DNA from: an uncultured Verrucomicrobiota bacterium
GTDB taxonomy: Bacteria > Verrucomicrobiota > Verrucomicrobiia > Limisphaerales > UBA9464
Reading direction: 5' to 3'
Length of the DNA stretch: 64,000 nucleotides
NCBI GenBank assembly: GCA_903939515.1
Contig: CAJAHH010000123.1
Coordinates: forward strand, 29,106-93,105
Shown here: in pieces, positions 59,901 to 64,000 of the stretch
How the letters are laid out: each line of letters starts with the position of its first letter
How positions within the stretch are numbered: position 1 is the stretch's first letter
Position numbers and translations under genes: made by a program
Notes under the pieces: model-generated
Told to the model about the DNA's origin: nothing
Seen by the model: the letters and a program-made list of their open reading frames with translations, nothing else
Database searches by the model: none

Positions 59901-60768
59901 CATCGGTGATCGAGATCGGAATGACGGCATTGGGGTTACCCTCGGTCGAGGCATGGGTGTAGCCTTGCACATCGGCCACTTCCCCAATCACGCAGCGCAG
60001 CAATTCGAGGGTGGAATCCGCCGGTTTGCGGTTGAGGACCTCGGCGCGGGCGATGGTGAGTTGCTGGCCATTGACCCGGCTCGATCTGAGGTCGCTGAAG
60101 GGTGCCTTGACCCGATGGAAGAGGCCGTTGCGCAGCGACAGGGTGCTGGTGGTGGATTCGATGCCGACCTCGCAATGCTGCACCTGGAAATGCCACAGCG
60201 CGGCGGTCGTTCCGGTCCAACGCAGGGCCACCCGGGCGTGGGAGATACGGAAATCATTCCAGCGAGACTGCCCTGACTCGAGGCGTGCGCCATTGACCGA
60301 CAAGGCGACGTCCGCGTAGGGGCCTGAGGAAGGTTTACCTGTCGAGCCCGGCACGAGTTCTCCCACCGAATCGTCGTCGGAGGCCGTGAATACGATGGGT
60401 GCCTCGGGTGTGGCTTGCCAGGAAACCCGGGCGTCTTTCCCCAACTCCAATCCCGCCGAACGCCCCGGCTGGAACTTCAGCACGCAGCCAGCCTCAAAGC
60501 GCACGGAGCCTTCCAAGCGGACCGGTCCCGCGACTAGGTAGGTGACTCCAGCCCGGAAGGTGCGGTCCTTGCCTGGAACAACCTCGACGGGTGCCGACAA
60601 AATCGGCAGCCAGCCAGCCAACAGGCACAGTAGCGTGGGCCAACGAAGCCAAGTCGCTAGACCAGGATGATAATGACTCACCCTTGCTATTCCCGGACCG
60701 TTTTGGATGGGCCTGCGGTCTGTCATCAGTGGCAACGCTGAGCTTCGTCGAAGCTGCGGCCAAGGCAA
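56914..60768 (-). CDS. Large secreted multidomain protein (beta-helix-like N-terminus, Ca-binding DxDxD motif, LamG-like, FN3-like, C25/gingipain-like region)
   Basis: 1284 aa with a signal/TM segment WPTLLCLLAGWLPILSA. DRDGDGRSDLDELLDGTDPEN. A GSIALDYSPDWF LamG-like edge. ALLLVDDTLAERL..YRADLIADGWEV..QVAVLIGHPTIPQSGW. A C-terminal FN3-like GVTELTWNASPEAPGGYRI. An alternative start lies at 60726. Confidence 0.75.
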   Translation of the reverse strand: MPWPQLRRSSALPLMTDRRPIQNGPGIARVSHYHPGLATWLRWPTLLCLLAGWLPILSAPVEVVPGKDRTFRAGVTYLVAGPVRLEGSVRFEAGCVLKFQPGRSAGLELGKDARVSWQATPEAPIVFTASDDDSVGELVPGSTGKPSSGPYADVALSVNGARLESGQSRWNDFRISHARVALRWTGTTAALWHFQVQHCEVGIESTTSTLSLRNGLFHRVKAPFSDLRSSRVNGQQLTIARAEVLNRKPADSTLELLRCVIGEVADVQGYTHASTEGNPNAVIPISITDAFVEAAGSLYLPPGSRRIRPGFGHGLLDPELAVALPAMTVLPPELLPPLVTQTLYLTPRAIRDQALPEAGGLNPIKLGFHHWPIDYWVEGTTVSNAVVTVATATVLHETPARGFRWIGSGSLRRETEVPQSTAAPKKRPVPGRGDRDGDGRSDLDELLDGTDPENRFSAQPRVLASFGFDTDRFESGDGAMPLPGSSASREPSFDRSAAGFHRSGQVLLYPLIWNRDGVTRTNLQPLHGSIALDYSPDWFHGATNDAPGADCVLLETPGLRVSIDASGRRLALTRISENFQQTLWSPLPRSATQSRPFTGRTNWTFQLSFTADTFEQLPRESHSRPPSPRNELNTFSLGNALDGQSPALGRLDRVLLRNHLLPGSLGHPGPPEGIVRSHHRPLEADDTDRISGESLASGIRLTFQRDWEGDGDQGGFYPIARKSWGPNPTAWEIIDRDARTSVFTDTTVRSGQTYGYRVLRNSRPPLELCVAHDTPPPADRGRALLLVDDTLAERLTGSLARYRADLIADGWEVVQHRVPRHVDADPQDFDCRRYDAEALPRNKANLLAIKALIRREYEAHPGRTQVAVLIGHPTIPQSGWAAEDGHVNCQDPAGIHLGAWPADLFYGDLTGTWTDTQSFKTGCPDCPRSQCAYCILGNEAGDGRWDQNELPREPDGSAGRIEVPLGRIDFARLSHFDSRFADLKGNPKSALEVEVALLDRYFDKVGRYRRGLLPFQDSAIGYANVLGALVDRNLVHIAPRLGQLELLTAAAWNTDLFQDGPNIRWGFQTDYSHFGVLGMTGAAKPGHSHFAKNVAWKRPGDIPRVAFLFAFGSFLGQWYSGYGEDFLRTCLASENSVLLAGTAYAFAPWITDRVHAGAPVHALLTDSAERNGSVNARLTYLLGDPCLLEHPLQAPSAFKAKNQAGVTELTWNASPEAPGGYRIDSGPANDSALWTQVQELPPETTRLRLESSASGKIFRLRGLGTVTNGSGRYRQWTAPSYASP

Positions 60769-60833
60769 ACCGTCCTAGGCTCCGGTTCGAGCCATCTTGT
60801 GGTCGGTGGATGTTTGGGCTGCATTCCCGGGGT

Positions 60834-61035
60834 TGGCTCCGCGGGACCGCGCCTTGCCTGCAAGGCACCGCTTCACCGGTAAGCCCCCCTGTAGGCCGGG
60901 TCTCCTGACCCGGCGTCTGGAGCTCGCAGGAAGGCGCGGAAGGATGGGGTTTTAGCGCCCCGCGCTAGGGGATTTTGTTTTTGCCTTCAATGCTCGCTCC
61001 GGTGCGGTCCCGCTGCTGCCGCTGTGTGGGACCGC
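60834..61035 (+). repeat. Copy 1 of a ~200-bp hairpin-rich intergenic repeat
   Basis: Shares long identical blocks with copy 2: GGCTCCGCGGGACCGCGCCTTGCCTGCAAGGCACCGCTTCACCGGT, CTGTAGGCCGGGTCTCCTGACCCGGCGTCTGGAGCTCGCAGGAAGGCG and TTCAATGCTCGCTCCGG. Confidence 0.85.
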
Positions 61036-61155
61036 TGGCTATGTGCGGGGTGGTCGAGGATGGATTGGGGAATCTTTGGTTTATTATTCGTCGAGGGTTT
61101 TGTGTTCGGGTGAGGTTTGCGTTGGGGACGCTCGGGTGGGCTACCGGTTATGGGC

Positions 61156-61353
61156 TGGCTCCGCGGGACCGCGCCTTGCCTGCAAGGCACCGCTTCACCG
61201 GTGAGCCCCCTGTAGGCCGGGTCTCCTGACCCGGCGTCTGGAGCTCGCAGGAAGGCGGCAAGGGAGGATGGGGTTTTCGCGCGGTGCGCCAGGTTTTTTG
61301 GTGTTTGCATTCAATGCTCGCTCCGGCGCGGTCCCGCTGCCGCTGGAGGGACC
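61156..61353 (+). repeat. Copy 2 of a ~200-bp hairpin-rich intergenic repeat
   Basis: Same blocks, same orientation, about 322 bp downstream of copy 1. A 1-nt indel (CCCCCC vs CCCCC) and divergent linkers break any common reading frame. Confidence 0.85.
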
Positions 61354-61570
61354 GTTGGGTGTGAATGAATTCCATCGCCGGAGGCGATTGTGAAAAGGGC
61401 TTTCGAGCCTCAATCCTCTCGCCCCGCTTTTCATTCGCTCGGTTATCACCCCCATGAAGCCCCACCGCTGCGGCCTAGGCTCGACTTTGCGAGAAGGGGT
61501 TGGTAATTCCTCGGGCCACGACCGCCCCGAAGTACGCCGTTGAGCACGGGGTGGAGTATGCAGGCTGACA

Positions 61571-62509
61571 ATGAAAACACTTTCTATCTTCCTATTGTCC
61601 GGCGTTCTGGCCGGTTCAGTGCTGGGGCAGAACAACGCCGTCAAGGTGCCTTCAGCCCCCGCTTCAGGCGCTTCCACCAACGCACCGGCTGCCGATCCCG
61701 GGGCCGGCAAGTTTAAGACCGATCTCGAGAAGCACAGCTACGCCATGGGTGTGCTCTTGGCTGGAGACATCAAGCGCCAGTTGTCGCGCGGCAGCTACGA
61801 GCACGATGCCGAGATTGTCATCAAGGCGTTCTCAGAGGCGCTCCGAGGCAAGCCGACGGTGATCACGGACGGTGAGGCCAATATCATCTTGCGGAACTAC
61901 AGCACCGAGATTCGCAAAAAATCTGAGGAAAAGCGCAAGGAAGACGGTGAGAAGGCCAAGGTGGTGGGTGAGGCATTCCTGACGGCCAACAAGGCCAAGG
62001 AAGGCGTCAAGGTTACGGCCAGTGGTTTGCAGTACAAGGTGCTCAAGGCGGCTGAGGGCGCTAAGGCCAAGGGCGATGATGTCGTTGAGGTGCATTACCG
62101 CGGAACGCTGGTCGATGGGACCGAGTTCGACAGTTCCTACACTCGCGGACAGCCAGCCAGCTTTGGTCTGAGCCGGGTGATCAAGGGATGGACCGAAGGC
62201 TTGCAACTCATGACGGTGGGTTCGAAGTACCAGTTTGTGATTCCTTCGGATCTGGCTTACGGACAGAACGGTTCTCCGCCGAAGATCCCGCCCCATTCCA
62301 CCCTCATCTTCGAGGTGGACTTGCTGAACGTGAAGCCGCAAGTCGCGCCGCCGCTGCCCAGCAGCGTTACCAGCGACATCATCAAGGTTCCGAGCGCCGA
62401 TGAGTTGAAAAAGGGTGCCCAGATCGAGGTGATCAAGTCTACCGATGCCGAGCGCCTCCAGAAGGAAGCCGCTGAGCAAAAGAAGAAGGCCGACGTTCCC
62501 AAGAAATAA
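61571..62509 (+). CDS. FKBP-type peptidyl-prolyl cis-trans isomerase (Mip/FkpA-like, secreted)
   Basis: Signal peptide MKTLSIFLLSGVLAGSVLG. VHYRGTLVDGTEFDSSY, GWTEGLQLM and LIFEVDLLNV. Confidence 0.9.
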   Translation: MKTLSIFLLSGVLAGSVLGQNNAVKVPSAPASGASTNAPAADPGAGKFKTDLEKHSYAMGVLLAGDIKRQLSRGSYEHDAEIVIKAFSEALRGKPTVITDGEANIILRNYSTEIRKKSEEKRKEDGEKAKVVGEAFLTANKAKEGVKVTASGLQYKVLKAAEGAKAKGDDVVEVHYRGTLVDGTEFDSSYTRGQPASFGLSRVIKGWTEGLQLMTVGSKYQFVIPSDLAYGQNGSPPKIPPHSTLIFEVDLLNVKPQVAPPLPSSVTSDIIKVPSADELKKGAQIEVIKSTDAERLQKEAAEQKKKADVPKK

Positions 62510-62533
62510 CCGGCTCTTAGGATCTTTTCGAGC

Positions 62534-62564
62534 GCTGCGCCGCCGTGTTTCACGGCGGCGCAGC
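62534..62564 (+). terminator. Stem-loop after the FKBP gene
   Basis: GCTGCGCCGCCGT-GTTTC-ACGGCGGCGCAGC, a 13-bp perfect stem 25 nt after the stop. The T-tract is weak (CATTTA). Confidence 0.45.
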
Positions 62565-62671
62565 CATTTACCGGACAGCCCCACTCTCGGAAGGTCGGCT
62601 TTCGGCAATCCGCCGCTTGCATGTCCCAAGGACTGGGGTACCTGTTGTTTAAGAGAATAGTACGTCTGCGT

Positions 62672-63949
62672 ATGAAAACGGTCGAAAACTACGATTCGGT
62701 GATCATTGGAGCGGGTCCCGCCGGTTGCTCCACAGCCACGGCACTGGCCATGCACGGTCGGAGAGTCTTGCTGGTCGAACGGGAAAAGTTTCCCCGGTAT
62801 CATATTGGCGAGTCGATGATCCCCTTCACCTATCCGCCGTTGGAGCGGATCGGGATGATCCCCAAGCTTCGTCAGTCGAGCTTCATGAAGAAGTATTCCG
62901 TGCAGTTCGTTTCTCCTTCGGGCCGTGCTTCGCAACCCTTCTATTTCTTCAACCGGTATGATCGTGAAACCGTGGCGCAGTCGTGGCAGGTCCTGCGCAG
63001 CGAGTTCGACCAGCTGATGCTCGACAATGCTCGAGAGCACGGCGTGACGGTTTGGGAAGAGTCGGAGGTCACCGAACTGCTGCAAGACGGCGTGGGCACC
63101 TACACGGGTGTCCGGGTAAAGTCCCGCGAGCATGGAGAGGTGGAGGTTCACGCCCCGGTCACTGTGGACGCAACGGGGCGCGAGGCCATCGCTGCCACCC
63201 GCAACGCTTGGAGGCGCGGTGATCCCAAGCTCAACAAGGTGGCCGTGTGGACCTACTACGAGGGTGCCAAGCGGGATACCGGCATCGACGAGGGAGGCAC
63301 CACGGTGGCTTTCATCCCAGACAAGGGCTGGTTCTGGTACATCCCTCAGCACAACAACCGGGTGAGCGTGGGCGTGGTGGCCGACGGCAAGTACCTGACC
63401 CGTGAAGGACTCAAAGACCCTGAGGCCATTTTTCAGCGAGAAATCGGGCAAAACAAATGGATCCAAGACCATTTGTCCACGGGTCGAGTGTGCGATCAGT
63501 ACTGGCTCACGGCCGAGTACACCTTCCGCTCCGAATACTGTGCCGACCGCGGATTGGTGCTGGTGGGCGATGCCGTGGGTTTCTTAGATCCGGTGTTCTC
63601 CAGTGGCATGATGATTGCCCTGAAGACCGGGGTTGCCGCCGCAGACGCCATTCATGCTGCGTTGCAGGCTGGCGACGTCTCTCCGGAGCGTTTTGCCGAA
63701 TATGGTCAGGTCACCCGGCAGAGTATCGAGAACATGCGCAAGTTGGTGTATGCCTTCTACGATCCGAACGTCAGCTTCAAGACCATCACCGACCAATTTC
63801 CGGAACTGACCAATGACCTCACGGACTGCCTGTCGGGGGATGTGAACAAGGACTTCACCCGGATGTTCGAGGTGTTTTCCCGCTTCACTTCGGTTCCCGA
63901 CGAGTTGCCGTATGGTGCCCCGAGGCTTGCGGCCGCAACCGCTGCCTGA
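62672..63949 (+). CDS. FAD-dependent oxidoreductase (geranylgeranyl-reductase / flavin-halogenase-like)
   Basis: YDSVIIGAGPAGCSTATALAMHGRRVLLVEREKFPRYHIGES dinucleotide-binding motif, and later LVGDAVGFLDPVFSSG. ATG 62672 is preferred over the track start at 62621. Confidence 0.85.
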   Translation: MKTVENYDSVIIGAGPAGCSTATALAMHGRRVLLVEREKFPRYHIGESMIPFTYPPLERIGMIPKLRQSSFMKKYSVQFVSPSGRASQPFYFFNRYDRETVAQSWQVLRSEFDQLMLDNAREHGVTVWEESEVTELLQDGVGTYTGVRVKSREHGEVEVHAPVTVDATGREAIAATRNAWRRGDPKLNKVAVWTYYEGAKRDTGIDEGGTTVAFIPDKGWFWYIPQHNNRVSVGVVADGKYLTREGLKDPEAIFQREIGQNKWIQDHLSTGRVCDQYWLTAEYTFRSEYCADRGLVLVGDAVGFLDPVFSSGMMIALKTGVAAADAIHAALQAGDVSPERFAEYGQVTRQSIENMRKLVYAFYDPNVSFKTITDQFPELTNDLTDCLSGDVNKDFTRMFEVFSRFTSVPDELPYGAPRLAAATAA

Positions 63950-64000
63950 AAAAATCCACCAACGGGTCTTCGACGTCGGCCGAGGGTAGATCTTGGGGCA

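Noticed and set aside
60900-60950. Possible SRP (4.5S) RNA, because of a ...GCAGGAAGGCG... string after a GC hairpin
   Set aside because: The conserved SRP domain IV sequence and symmetric loop are not present. The sequence also occurs twice in tandem, which does not fit a single-copy SRP RNA gene.
61832-63472. 546-aa ORF on the minus strand spanning the FKBP and FAD-oxidoreductase loci
   Set aside because: It is antisense to two genes with strong family motifs. Its Arg/Gly/Leu-rich low-complexity composition is typical of shadow ORFs in high-GC DNA.
1-64000. CRISPR arrays, rRNA genes, transposases, integrases, reverse transcriptases, phage structural genes
   Set aside because: I scanned the ORF track and the sequence for regularly spaced short repeats and for hallmark motifs and found none. 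The only notable repeats are those reported at 26.8, 41.4, 42.75/50.37 and 60.8-61.4 kb.

Overview
High-GC chromosomal segment (about 60% by eye) whose gene content fits a PVC-superphylum bacterium, most likely Verrucomicrobiota. Supporting signs are LL-diaminopimelate aminotransferase DapL, three prepilin-type proteins with the [29 protein letters not shown]-terminus, four DUF1501 genes paired with DUF1549/DUF1553 or DUF1800 partners, TAT-signal periplasmic oxidoreductases, and a 1199-aa CxxCH heme-binding protein. I call about 45 CDS and two tRNAs (Glu-UUC, Lys-UUU). I found no rRNA, CRISPR array, transposase, integrase or phage structural genes. Housekeeping genes are proS, mog, ruvC, cutA, trxC-like, hemB, dapL, a phosphohexomutase and an FKBP isomerase. 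They are interleaved with PVC-typical genes of unknown function. The stretch from about 26.2 to 42.8 kb looks accessory. It holds an HTH/PIN toxin-antitoxin pair, an ECF sigma with a putative anti-sigma, decayed gene fragments, pilin-like paralogs, a SWIM-SNF2 helicase, and an orphan AAA-ATPase with a nuclease-like motif. The signal least explained by the CDS track is a pair of direct copies of a roughly 200-bp hairpin-rich element at 60.83-61.36 kb, each with a terminator-like end. Other leads are the orphan ATPase/nuclease with twin palindromic upstream repeats, paralogous gene remnants bracketing the TA and sigma block, and a minus-strand operon of a 1284-aa secreted protein, DUF1800 and DUF1501. 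All family assignments come from motifs read in the translations, not from database searches. Many long antisense ORFs in the track are high-GC shadows.
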